Shown here in pieces: positions 52,413 to 63,284 of a stretch of 64,000 nucleotides of DNA. A program made the translations under genes and the position numbers. The number at the start of each line of letters is the position of its first letter. The stretch's first letter is position 1. The notes beneath the pieces were generated by a model, which saw only the letters and a program-made list of their open reading frames with translations, was not told the DNA's origin and did not search any database. The DNA comes from Mobula hypostoma (lineage: Eukaryota): positions 26,476,001 through 26,540,000 of the forward strand of contig NC_086109.1 in assembly GCF_963921235.1 (NCBI RefSeq), read 5' to 3'.

Positions 52413-53309
52413 GTAAACAATCTGAACATAACTTATCTAACCATTGGAACCAAATTATATTTAGTCATATAAACATGTGTGATTTCAAAAGTCACTCCAG
52501 TTAATTGGAAATTGGTGTTTCTAATCAGGTTTTGTGAGCCCTGTAAAGCTTATGATTTTATATGCACTTTAGGAAATAATCATTTATATTCCCTTCAAAA
52601 AGCTGGCTTAAGACTGTCATCATGAGCACTAGCCACCAGAGTAACCAGGACATCTTCAAGGAACAATGCTTCAAAAAGGTGGCATCCAACATTAAGGACC
52701 CCCATCGCTCATTTCATGCCTTGTTCTCATTGCTGCCATCAGGAAGGAGGTACAGGAGTCTGAAGGCACTCACTCAATGATTCAGGATCAGCTTCTTCCC
52801 ATCTGCCATCATATTTCTGAATGGACATTGAACCCACGAACACTACCTCTACTTTTTATTTCTATTTTTGCACTACTTATGTTTGTCACTATTCTGTAAT
52901 GAGAGACCATGAGTCCAGAAATGTGGAAAAGGAGCATTGACCTTTCCATTGCAACACCTCTGAAAATTGCTTGTTTACCGAGTTGGTCATAATTGCACCC
53001 ATTTCTGGACTGAATTACGCCACTTTGGAAAATCACTAGGAAACCTCTGATTGTGTTGTATCCTCGGGTGCCTAATGTAATTTCCACATTAGCTTCTACC
53101 TTTGGTCCCAGCTCATTGAGAATGATTTCCACGCTAGATTACTCTCTGGTGACCCCTGGTGGAAGCACCTTGTGAAACTTGTAACTGGCTTCCAGTGAAT
53201 ACAATTGCTGAATTTTAGAGAGAAAAAAATCCCTTAAAAGTGCTTAAGCAACATACATCAAAGTTGCTGGTGAACGCAGCAGGCCAAGCAGCATCTCTAG
53301 GAAGAGGTA

Positions 53310-53346
53310 CAGTCGACGTTTCAGGCCGAGACCCTTCGTCAGGACT
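53310..53346 (-). ncRNA. Minimal type I hammerhead ribozyme motif in the Penelope-like element 3' UTR
   Basis: Minus strand AGUC-CUGACGA-A-GGGU cucg GCCU-GAAAC-GUC^GACUG: helix I AGUC/GACU, core CUGANGA and GAAA, helix II (closing G.U), palindromic ACGU in place of helix III. Confidence 0.8.
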
Positions 53347-53641
53347 AACTGAAGGAAGAGTGAGTAAGGGATTTGAAAGTTGGAGGGGGAGGGGGAGATC
53401 CAAAATGATAGGAGAAGACAGGAGGGGGAGGGATAGAGCCAAGAGCTGGACAGGTGATAGGCAAAAGGGGATACGAGAGGATCATGGGACAGGAGGTCCG
53501 GGAAGAAAGACAAGTGGGGGGGTGACCCAGAGGATGGGCAAGGAGTATATTCAGAGGGACAGAGGAAGAAAAAGGAGAGTGAGAGAAAGAATGTGTGCAT
53601 AAAAATGAGTAACAGATGGGGTACGAGGGGGAGGTGGGGCC

Positions 53642-55600
53642 TTAGCGGAAGTTAGAGAAGTCGATGTTCATGCCATCAGGTTGGAGGCTACCCAGACGGA
53701 ATATAAGGTGTTGTTCCTCCAACCTGAGTGTGGAGTCATCTTTACAGTAGAGGAGGCTGTGGATAGACATGTCAGAATGGGAATGGGACGTGGAATTAAA
53801 ATGTGTGGCCACTGGGAGATCCTGCTTTCTCTGGCGGACAGAGCTTAGATGTTCAGCAAAGCGGTCTCCCAGTCTGCGTCGGATCTCGCCAATATATAAA
53901 AGGCCACATCGGGAGCACCGGACGCAGTATATCACCCCAGTCGACTCACAGGTGAAGTGATGCCTCACCTGGAAGGACTGTTTGGGGCCCTGAATGGTGG
54001 TAAGGGAGGAAGTGTAAGGGCATGTGTAGCACTTGTTCCGCTTACACGGATAAGTGCCAGGAGGGAGATCAGTGGGGAGGGATGGGGGGGATGAATGGAC
54101 AAGGGAGTTGTGTAGGGAGCGATCCCTGCGGAATGCAGAGGGGGGGGAGGGAAAGATGTGCTTAGTGGTGGGATCCCGTTGGAGGTGGCGGAAGTTATGG
54201 AGAATAATATGTTGGACACGGAGGCTGGTGGGGTGGTAGGTGAGGACCAGGGGAACCCTATTCCTAGTGGGGTGGTGGGAGGATGGAGTGAGAGCAGATG
54301 TACGTGAAATGGGGGAGATGCGTTTAAGAGCAGAGTCGATAGTGGAGGAAGGGAAGCCCCTTTCTTTAAAAAAGGAAGACATCTCCCTCGTCCTAGAATG
54401 AAAAGCCTCATCCTGAGAGCAGATGCGGCGGAGACGGAGGAATTGCGAGAAGGGGATGGCGTTTTTGCAAGAGACAGGGTGAGAAGAGGAATAGTCCAGA
54501 TAGCTGTGAGACTCAGTAGGCTTATAGTAGACATCAGTGGATAAGCTGTCTCCAGAGACAGAGACAGAAAGATCTAGAAAGGGGAGGGAGGTGTCGGAAA
54601 TGGACCAGGTAAACCTGAGGGCAGGGTGAAAGTTGGAGGCAAAGTTAATAAAGACAACGAGTTCTGCATGCGTGCAGGAAGCAGCGCCAATGCAGTCGTC
54701 GATGTAGCGAAGGAAAAGTGGGGGACAGATACCAGAATAGGCACGGAACATAGATTGTTCCACAAACCCAGCAAAAAGGCAGGCATAGCTAGGACCCATA
54801 CGGGTGCCCATAGCTACACCTTTAGTTAGGAGGAAGTGGGAGGAACCAAAGGAGAAATTATTAAGAGTAAGGACTAATTCCGCTAGACAGAGCAGAGTGG
54901 TGGTAGAGGGGAACTGATTAGGTCTGGAATCCAAAAAGAAGCGTAGAGCTTTGAGACCTTCCTGATGGGGGATGGAAGTATATAAGGACTGGACATCCAT
55001 GGTGAAAATAAAGCGTTGGGGGCCAGGGAACTTAAAATCATCGAAAAGTTTAAGAGCGTGAAAAGTGTCACGAACATAGGTCGGAAGGGATTGAACAAGG
55101 GGTGATAAAACAGTGTCGAGGTATGCAGAAATGAGTTTGGTGGAGCAGGAGCAAGCTGAGACAATAGGTCGGCCAGGACAGGCAGGTTTGTGGATCTTGG
55201 GTAGGAGGTAGAAACAGGAAGTGCGGGGTGTGGGAACTATAAGGTTGGTAGCAGTGGATGGGAGATCCCCTGAGCAGATAAAGTCGGTGATCGTGTGGGA
55301 GACAATGGCCTGGTGCTCCTTAGTGGGGTCACGATCGAGGGGTAAATAAGAGGAGGTATCCGCGAGTTGTCGCTGTGCCTCGGCAAGGTAGAGGTCAGTA
55401 CGCCAGACTACAACAGCACCCCTCTTATCGGCGGGTTTAATAATAAGGTTAGGATTAGTGCGGAGGGAGTGGAGAGCAGAGCGTTCCGAAGGAGTGAGGT
55501 TGGAATGGGGACAAGGTGTGGTGAAGTCGAGACGGTTGATGTCCCATCGGCAGCAATAAAGAAATCCAGAGCAGGCAGAAGACCAGAGCAGGGTGTCCAT
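53642..55600 (-). pseudogene. Penelope-like RT / GIY-YIG endonuclease ORF (652 aa open; true N-terminus missing)
   Basis: IKPADK, YLLPKIHK, RPIVS, DVQSLYTSIP, GVAMGTRMGPSYA and RYIDD (RT); Cys-rich linker CKRNKCYTC; VIYCVRCSRCGLLYIGE..RRLGDRFAEH (GIY-YIG). Confidence 0.92.
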
Positions 55601-56050
55601 GAAGAAGAGGAGGGTTGAAGACGGGAGAAGGGGTCATCGGTGGGGGTGGAAGAGTCCTTGCCGAAGAAGTAGGCTCGGAGATGGAGACGGTGGAAGAAAA
55701 GTTCCGCATCGTGGCGAACACGGAACTCGCTGAGGTGTGGGTGCTTAATGCCTTACTTATGGAATTCTAGCACAATGTGAGTCAACTGAATTTGAAAAAG
55801 AGGAATGAACAAGAATAAATAATAAAGTGGAATAATAAATCTTGGAGGTGAGGAAATGATCATTTTGGACCAATTCATTTAGGTAAAATATTGAAATGAT
55901 TGCATCAGCTTTAAATATCCTGTCGAAAGTAAGGCAATGTAATTTCATCTGTCTGCAGTAAATGAAAGATAGAGGAAAAATTAATAAGACACGGTAATGC
56001 TATTTTTCATATCCTTCATTATGATTTCAAAATGATAAGATGCAGTAAAA

Positions 56051-56627
56051 CGCAAACATGAGGAAATCTGCAGCTGCTGGAAATTCAAGCTACACACATA
56101 AAAAATGCTGGTGAACGCAGCAGGCCAGGCAGCATCTATAGGAAGAGGTACAGTCGACGTTTCGGGCCAAGACCCTTCATCAGGACTAACTGAAAGAAGA
56201 GATAGAAAGAGCTTTTTTAAAAAAATTGCAGAGTGGTGGTGGGGGAAGAGGCGACGAGAGTCACAGTAGCAGCACGTGAAGACCCGGCCTGGAATTCAAG
56301 GCTGGAGTCACAGCTGGTGGTTGCGCAATCGCTTTGAAGGTGTCCAGGTCGTTGGAGCCTGTATTGATGGTGCTAGAGTACAGGTTTTGAATATGCCCTG
56401 GGTTGCTGGAGCCGCCGAGACCAATGGCGGGGGCCGCAATCCGAAGTTCATGCCTGCTAGCGTCGGAGCCAGCAGGCTCTGGGGTCTGCAGATGTAAGAT
56501 CTTGCAATCCTTGCCTAACATGGCAAAGTCAGTTAGTCCTGACGAAGAGTCTCGGCCCGAAACCTTGACTGTACTTCTTCCTATAGATGCTGCCTGGCCT
56601 GCTGCGTTAACCAGCATTTTTTATGTG
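56051..56627. mobile_element. Penelope-derived cassette with inverted hammerhead-bearing ends
   Basis: Arms at about 56095-56192 and 56530-56627 are reverse complements (7 differences in about 98 nt) around a GC-rich spacer; flanking direct repeat AGATGCAG(T/G)AAAA at 56038-56050 and 56628-56640. Confidence 0.85.
56151..56187 (-). ncRNA. Minimal type I hammerhead ribozyme motif, the most intact copy
   Basis: Minus strand AGUC-CUGAUGA-A-GGGU cuug GCCC-GAAAC-GUC^GACUG; all core nucleotides present, helices I and II paired. Confidence 0.82.
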
Positions 56628-56757
56628 AGATGCAGGAAAATTTGAGCTCATATTAAACAACTCAAGTAGTTGTACAAGCAATTTATGCAAAGTGCAGGAC
56701 TTCAAAGCAAGAGAGTTACTTCTCTGTGTGTGTGTGTGTGTATATATATAAGACCCC

Positions 56758-56953
56758 TATAAAGAAGGTGGGGGGAGGGTGGGAAGGAGAAGGCACCTGG
56801 AACCTACCAGCCTTCTCCTTCCCACCCCCCCACCTTCTTTATAAGGCCTCTGCCCCTTCCTCCTACAGTCCTGATGAAGGGTCCAGCCCAAAACGTCGTC
56901 CGATCTTTTCCACGGATGCTGCCCGACCTGCTGAGTTCCTCCAGCGTGTTGTG
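56758..56953 (+). mobile_element. Penelope-like 3' end copy with a fold-back 5' inversion
   Basis: Inverted arms 56758-56794 and 56810-56843, then cagtcctgatgaagggtccagcccaaaacgtc and the common tail. Confidence 0.75.
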
Positions 56954-56954
56954 A

Positions 56955-57905
56955 AGGTTCAATGTGTTGTGCATTCAGAGATGCTCTTCTGCACAGCAAT
57001 GTTGTACTATGTGGTTATCTGAGTTACAGTTGCCTTCCAATCTGGCCATTAGCAAGGCATTTTTGTCCACAGAAATGCGGTTTACTAGATTTTTTCTTTT
57101 TTTTTTGTATTGTTGTTCTACGAGTCTGTGGTGGCCAGTGCGATCATGTTTGATGTTGTGTGCTGGGGCAGCAGGCTGAGGGTAGCAGACACCAACAGAA
57201 TCAACAAACTCATTCGTAAGGCCAGTGATGTTGTGGGGATGGAACTGGATTCTCTGACGGTGGTGTCTGAAAAGAGGATGCTGTCCAAGTCGCATGCCAT
57301 CTTGGACAATGTCTCCCATCCACTACATAATGTACTGGTTGGGCACAGGAGTACATTCAGCCAGAGACTCATTCCACCGAGATGCAACACAGAGCGTCAT
57401 AGGAAGTCATTCCTGCCTGTGGCCATCAAACTTTACAACTCCTCCCTTGGAGGGTCAGACACCCTGAGCCAATAGGCTGGTCCTGGACTTATTTCCTGAA
57501 ATAATTTACATATTACTATTTAACTATTTATGGTTTTATTACTATTTAATTATTTATGGTGCAACTGTAACGAAAACCAATTTCCCCCGGGATCAATAAA
57601 GTATAACTATGACTATGACTATTATTCTCTGTAACCTCTGGAGACTGTGATGAGAGAAAACCCCAGGAGATCAGCCCTTTCTGAGATACTCAAACCACCC
57701 TGTCAGGCACCAACAACCATTCCACAATCAAGGTCACTTCGATCACATTTCTTCCCATTCTGATATTTGGTCTGAACGACAGCTGAACCTCCTGACCATG
57801 CCTGCATGCTTTTATGCATTGCGTTGCTGCCACATGATTGGCTGATGAGATATTTGCATTAACAAGCGGGTGTACAGGTGCGCCTAACAAAGTGGCCACA
57901 GAGTG
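56955..57905. mobile_element. Tc1/mariner-like non-autonomous element, split by the Rex1 fragment; one TIR visible
   Basis: Terminal gtgtacaggtgcgcctaacaaagtggccacagagtg followed by TA resembles fish Tc1 TIRs (from recall); the other end was not found. Confidence 0.65.
57105..57622 (+). mobile_element. Rex1/Babar-like LINE 3' fragment inserted in a Tc1 element
   Basis: ORF 57110..57475 FYESVVASAI...CWG...RINKLIRKAS...HPLH...SFLPVAIKLYN; AATAAA plus (TATGAC)n tail. Confidence 0.85.
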
Positions 57906-57936
57906 TATATTTATGGAGTTTCTATGTCGCTTACAG

Positions 57937-58094
57937 AAGCAGATTTATATTGGATCGAAAGATGGTCTAGTGCAGCTTGCTCTACAGAGATGTGGTGCTT
58001 ATGGTGCAACCTGCTCGGAATGCTGCCTTGCTAGAGATCCCTACTGTGCATGGAATGGAACCTCATGCTGCAAATATGTGCCAGCACTGAAAAG
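57937..58094 (+). CDS. SEMA3D-like: Semaphorin-3 exon (end of Sema plus PSI domain): [52 protein letters not shown]
   Basis: Acceptor gtcgcttacag, donor gtaaga; 158 nt; [11 protein letters not shown]; overlaps ORF 57838..58098. Confidence 0.96.
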
Positions 58095-58844
58095 GTAAGA
58101 GGCCAATCCCTGTCAGCTTTAGGCTCTGAATTTTCTTCGTAGTTTTCCAGATGAATTTTTCTGCACTGTGCTTCAAACAACTGAGTAAGTTTTATTCTCT
58201 AAATTACTAATTCTGATTGTGATGAAGTAGAATGGGAAGCGGTCAGCTTGAAGATTAAGGCGGAAGATTTATTATGCTTTGAGCAGCAACATCCTAAACA
58301 TGTTCATGCAGATTCCATTTGCTCGGTATTCCAGTCAAATTATAAATCCTCTCCTTTTCAATGTTGAAAATCTGACGCAGACACAGACCAGGCGAGGTAT
58401 AGTGTAGCTTAATGTTTAATCATTACTAAGAATGCTTTCTATTCTCATTCCCTCCTCCCCCACCATCACTGAAGCAGCCCACTGGAGCAAAATGAAAGGG
58501 TACAAATGCTGGAAATCTAAAATGAAAATAAGGGATGATGGGAAAGTTGGTCAGGGCTTCAAAGAGAACCCTGATTTTCTTCTCTTTTTCATGTCACTTT
58601 TCTATTGATATTGCACTTCTTTGATAACTTCTGTTAGTTTGGTGGATCCAAAAATGTCAGATGAGGTTTCACCAGCTGAACCAAGCAAATTTAAGTCATA
58701 GTAAGCTTTGACCCAAACATCCGAAGTTCCTTGGTGTAGCATTGATCCAGCAAACGAAAATTGAGTCACAGACTCAGTTAGCATGGAAACAGACCATTCA
58801 CCTCACCAAATCCTTGTTCAACATCTATTACTCAATTAGACTAA

Positions 58845-59700
58845 AAAGTTTAGAAGTTCAAAGTAACTTTTATTATCAGAGTACATTTGTGTCACCAAAT
58901 ACAACCCTAAGATTCATTTTTCTGTGGGCATATTCAGCAAAACTATAGAATAGTATTTATAACAAGATCAATGGAAGTTCAACCAGAAGACAATAAAACT
59001 GTGCAAATGCAAATATAAATACATAGCAATAAATACTGAGAACATGAACTAACAAGATAATGAGTCCTTAAAGTGAGATCATTGGTTGTGAGAACATCTC
59101 AATGGATGGGCAAGTGAGAGCAGTCATCCTCTTTTGTTCAAGAGCCTAATGTTTGAGGGATAGTAACTATTCCGGAACCTGCTGATTCGAGTCCTGATGC
59201 TCATGTACCTTCTACCTGATGGCAGCAGTGAGAAAAAGTGATGACTTGGCTGGTGGGGATCTCTGTTGATGAATGCTGCTTTCCTTCGACAGTTTTTCAT
59301 GTAGATGTGCTCAATGGTTGGAAGGGCTTTACCTGTGATGTCCTGGGCCAAATCTACTACCTTTTGTAGGATATTCCATTCAACGACATTGGTGTTTCCA
59401 AACCAGGCTATAATGTAGCCAGTCAATACACTTTCCACTACGTATCTATGGAAGTTCGTCAAGAGTTTTGATGACATGCCGAATCTCTGAAGACTCCTAA
59501 CAAAGTAAAGGTGCTGCCTTGCTTTTTTAGCAATTACATTTACATGCTGGGTCCAGGACAAGTCCTCTGAAATAGTAACACCCAGGTATTTAAAGCTGAT
59601 AACCCTCTGTATCTCAGATCTTCCAATAATGATTAGTTCATGGACCTCTGGTTTTCCTCTCCTGAAGTATACAATCAGTTCCATTGAGTGAGAGGTTGTA
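58845..59700 (-). mobile_element. Rex1/Babar-like LINE 3' fragment
   Basis: ORF 59124..59723 FKYLGVTISEDLSW...KKARQHLYF...LLPSGRRY...RFRNSYYP. Confidence 0.85.
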
Positions 59701-60764
59701 GTTATGACACTCGAATTCTTCACATATCATTTTATTCTTCCCACATTTCCATCAATTCTCCAGAGACCCTCCAACCTACACATTAGGGGCAATTGACAGT
59801 GACCAATTCACCTACCCAAATGGAGCAGAGAATTTGGGTGTAGTAGTTCTCTTGTTGTGCCCTGACTACAAGCATACCCCATCTCGGTAGCCCTGGAGCT
59901 GAATCTTGTCCTCCCATCCCAATTCCCACAAGATTTTGATAATGTTTTTGCCTCTCTATTGCTCTGTTAGATCACTGATACAGTAAAGGTAGCGATACCT
60001 GGTCTAGAAAATTTGTTACAAGCAAAAGAATGGTGAAGAGGGATCCCATCAGCTAAGAAGCACTTATATTTAGACTGAATAAACTCTGAAATTTAAAATA
60101 CATCAAAGCTACTGAGATTTTATGTGAGGAATGCACAGAGAAAATTTCTCTCTGGTGATTCCATTGTTTCTGCCAGTTTAGGAGGTGGCCTCCGTAAATC
60201 AAAATATTCAGTACAAGAGGTAGGATGTTGAACAAGATGCTGGTGAGGTCATATTTGGAGTACTGTGTGCAGTTCTTGGAGGATGGTACAAGTGTGGAAT
60301 AAGCTGCCAGAGGAAGTGGTGGTTGAGGGTTCAATTGCAACATTTAAGAGAAGTGTGGATAAATACGTGGATGGGAGGGATATGGAGGGCTATGGCAGAG
60401 TATAGTCCAGCATGAGCTAGATAGCCCAACAGGCTTGCTTCTTTTCTGTAGTGTTCTATGACTCTGAGGAAGACATAGAAGAGGACAGACTGGGAGAGAG
60501 AAGAGTGTGTTACCCTGTAGTACATAGCTCTATCACAGTGCTTGCAAGTTATTTGGATTGAAAAACATCATTCAATGATGTCAGTATTGCACATCGTTAA
60601 CTATGACTAAAATGCATGTTTACCGGGTCATTTCAGAGGTTAATGACAGGTTAACCACATTGAAATGATAGGATCTCTCTGGTGATTCCATTGTTTCTGC
60701 CTGTTTAGAAGGAGGCCTTCATAAATCGAAGTATTCAGTACAGGAATTAGGATGTTATGATGAA

Positions 60765-61225
60765 CTGAAAGAAGCTGCAGAAAGTTGTAAAGTTAGTCAC
60801 CTCCATCTTCAGTACGAGCCTCCATCGTATCCAAGACATCTTCAAGGAGCGGTACCTCAGAAAGGCGGCATCCATTATTAAGGACCCCCATCACCCAGGA
60901 CATGCCCTCTTCTCATTGTTACCATTGGGAAAGAGGTACAGAAGCCTGAAGGCACACACTCAGCAATTTGGGAACAGCTTCTTCCCCTCTGCCATCAGAT
61001 TTCTGAATGGGCATTGAACCCATAAACACTACCTCACTTTTTTAAATAACATTTCTGTTTTGCACTGTTTTTACTCTAACAATTTCATAAATATATATAT
61101 ATATTTACTGTAAATTATTTACTAATTTTTTCTTTCCATATGATTATGTATTGCATTGAAGTGCTGCTGCTAAGTTAACAAATTTCCTGACACATACCAA
61201 TGATAGTAAACCTGATTCTGATTGT
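60765..61225 (+). mobile_element. Rex1/Babar-like LINE 3' fragment (same family as 11246-11940; further pieces near 2490-2650, 4555-5075, 14600-14830, 25495-25735, 27790-28040, 52640-52890 and 63640-63890)
   Basis: aaggacccccatcacccaggacatgccctcttctcattgttacc...aggtacagaagcctgaaggcacac; tail aaacctgattctgatt. Confidence 0.75.
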
Positions 61226-62160
61226 GTGATGACAGCAAGGTTTCTTCGGTGAAGAACATCACTCAACAACAATTTTGCAGTATGCAGTAATCATTACCAA
61301 TATTTTTAAAGGTAATTTAAATCCCCCAGGTTCTGTGTTGAGATCAGTAATCCTCTCCCTAGATCTGTAATTCTGGCCTTTGGAAGCTAGCACATTGAGT
61401 TAACTACCAAGCTTTCAAACCCCACTAGTGGTGTCGCAGAAAGTTTGATGGGGGCATATGATATTGTTGTACTAACAATGATGGAATAGCATGTCACACA
61501 TAGTTTGGTTTCTAAAAATATCCACCCACCTGGAGTTGTATATAGGCTTGTGTTTTACTTTTTAAGGCTCATGCTTAAGAATTAGGATAGTCATCTTTCA
61601 TAGATTCTATTCCGGATTTATTGAGTATGCCCACAAGAAAATGAATCTCAGGTTTGTATATGGTGACATAGAGTCATAGACTCATAGAAGAGCACAGCAC
61701 AGAAACAGGCCCTTCGGTCTATCTAGTCCATGCCAAACCATTTAAACAGCCTTGTCCCATTGACCTGTACCCGGACCATATCCCTCCATACCCCTGCCTT
61801 CCATATATCCAATTGTGCTGACAGATTATTCCAAACTTCTGCGACCCTCTGAGTGAAGAAGTTTCCCCTCATGTTCCCCTTTTCACCTTTCACCCTTAAT
61901 ATATGGCTTCTAGTTGTAGTTCCACCCAACCTCGGTGGAAAAAGCCTGCTTTGATTTACCCTAACTATAACCCTCATAATTTTGTATACCTCTATATGCA
62001 CATATATATACTATGCTGATAAATTTAATTTGTAATCTGAAATGACCAATATCCAAAACAATATAAGACACCTACTTGCATTAGCACAATGTCAATGTCT
62101 TGACTTTCCTGATTGGAAGGGTTTCTCTTATTTAAAACCAATGCTTTCTTCTTCTATCAG

Positions 62161-62225
62161 ACAAACTAGACGTCAAGATGTAAACACTGGAGACCCAATA
62201 ATTCAATGCTGGGATCAAGAGGACT
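62161..62225 (+). CDS. SEMA3D-like: Semaphorin-3 exon: (R)QTRRQDVNTGDPIIQCWDQED
   Basis: Acceptor ctttcttcttctatcag, donor gtgagt; 65 nt; RRQD..GDP..QC motif. Confidence 0.94.
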
Positions 62226-62997
62226 GTGAGTGCATCTAGTTAAATCCATCAATTACTGCCTTACACTTGTGTATTTATGAGTGATGGTGATACTGTAGTT
62301 GCTGTTGATGGTAATGATCATCTTACAGCATACAGGACATTTTCCTACCTCAGAAGGAGTGTGGGGAGGGAGGTAAAATGCAAAGACATCTGGCCTGGAT
62401 GCAGAATGTTGAAAGAGCAAATATGATCCCCTTGCACTATTGGTCAATGTATCCATTCAATACATTCTATTGCTCTATTGTAGTGCTCTTTGACTCTAGG
62501 AGGAAGACATAGAGAAGGACAGGCTGGAAGGCAGAAGACTGCGTTACCATACAAAGCTTTTTTTTTATTTCTCATAGTCAATGGGGATAATCCCAGTTTT
62601 TCAATCGGAATGAAGGTGTTTTATGGTTGTGCATTTTGATTATCTTTATTTTGGAAACCTTTGTCATTTCACATGATTATGGTAACAGTTACAAGTTTCT
62701 CCGGTTACTTGACAGGGGAACTGTATTTCATGCAGACCCATAAATCCAGTTTAACGGATTGGGATCTTACTGGTGCACATTGGGCTTCGGTATGGAATCA
62801 CTTAAAATATCCCTTGCCAAAACCAAAAGCTTGGAACATCAGAGCTTAACTAGATTTTATGACAGCTGTTCTCATTTTGTGACTGGAAACATAGTAATCA
62901 TTTGCTGTAAAATTCCTTCTACTTTCTTCAAAGGTTGCCAGTAGGAAACAATTATTATACATTTTTAACATCAACATTAATATTCCCTATTATGTAG

Positions 62998-63137
62998 ATT
63001 CAGCAAATGTGCTAACTGAGAAGAAGTTAATTTTTGGAGTTCAGCACAATTCCACGTTCCTGGAATGCAGTCCAAGATCACAGCAAACATCAGTCATTTG
63101 GTCTGTTCAACGATCATTGGATGGCCAGCAGGAGGAG
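62998..63137 (+). CDS. SEMA3D-like: Semaphorin-3 exon (start of Ig domain): (Y)SANVLTEKKLIFGVQHNSTFLECSPRSQQTSVIWSVQRSLDGQQEE
   Basis: Acceptor ttccctattatgtag, donor gtaatt; 140 nt; NSTFLEC.P.S motif. Confidence 0.94.
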
Positions 63138-63231
63138 GTAATTACTGTAGTCTAAGTGATTCATTCCAGAACCCTAAAATCATTAGATGCAAGAAGCACA
63201 GTAAACTTCCAAATTTATGATTCCAGAGGGG

Positions 63232-63284
63232 ATATGTATATGTATATATATATGTGTGTGTGTGTATGTATATATATATATATA
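63232..63284. repeat. Mixed (TA)n/(TG)n microsatellite
   Basis: atatgtatatgtatatatatatgtgtgtgtgtgtatgtatatatatatatatat. Confidence 0.85.

Larger units (their letters stand above)
53248..55740 (-). mobile_element. Penelope-like retroelement, Neptune type, 5'-truncated
   Basis: Contains an RT plus GIY-YIG ORF and a pyrimidine-rich 3' UTR with a hammerhead motif. An 8-bp direct repeat GTGCTTAA at 53240-53247 and 55741-55748 flanks it. An upstream frame (FFHRLHLRAYFF) joins the ORF through a frameshift near 55550. Confidence 0.92.

Noticed and set aside
53240..55721. Multiple overlapping ORFs around the Penelope element
   Set aside because: Alternative frames of a GC-rich, stop-poor retroelement with no independent protein motifs.
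55749..56050. Treating 53248-56210 as one complete Penelope element with tandem pLTRs
   Set aside because: Separate TSDs bound the 53248-55740 and 56051-56627 units, and ordinary AT-rich intron sequence lies between them.
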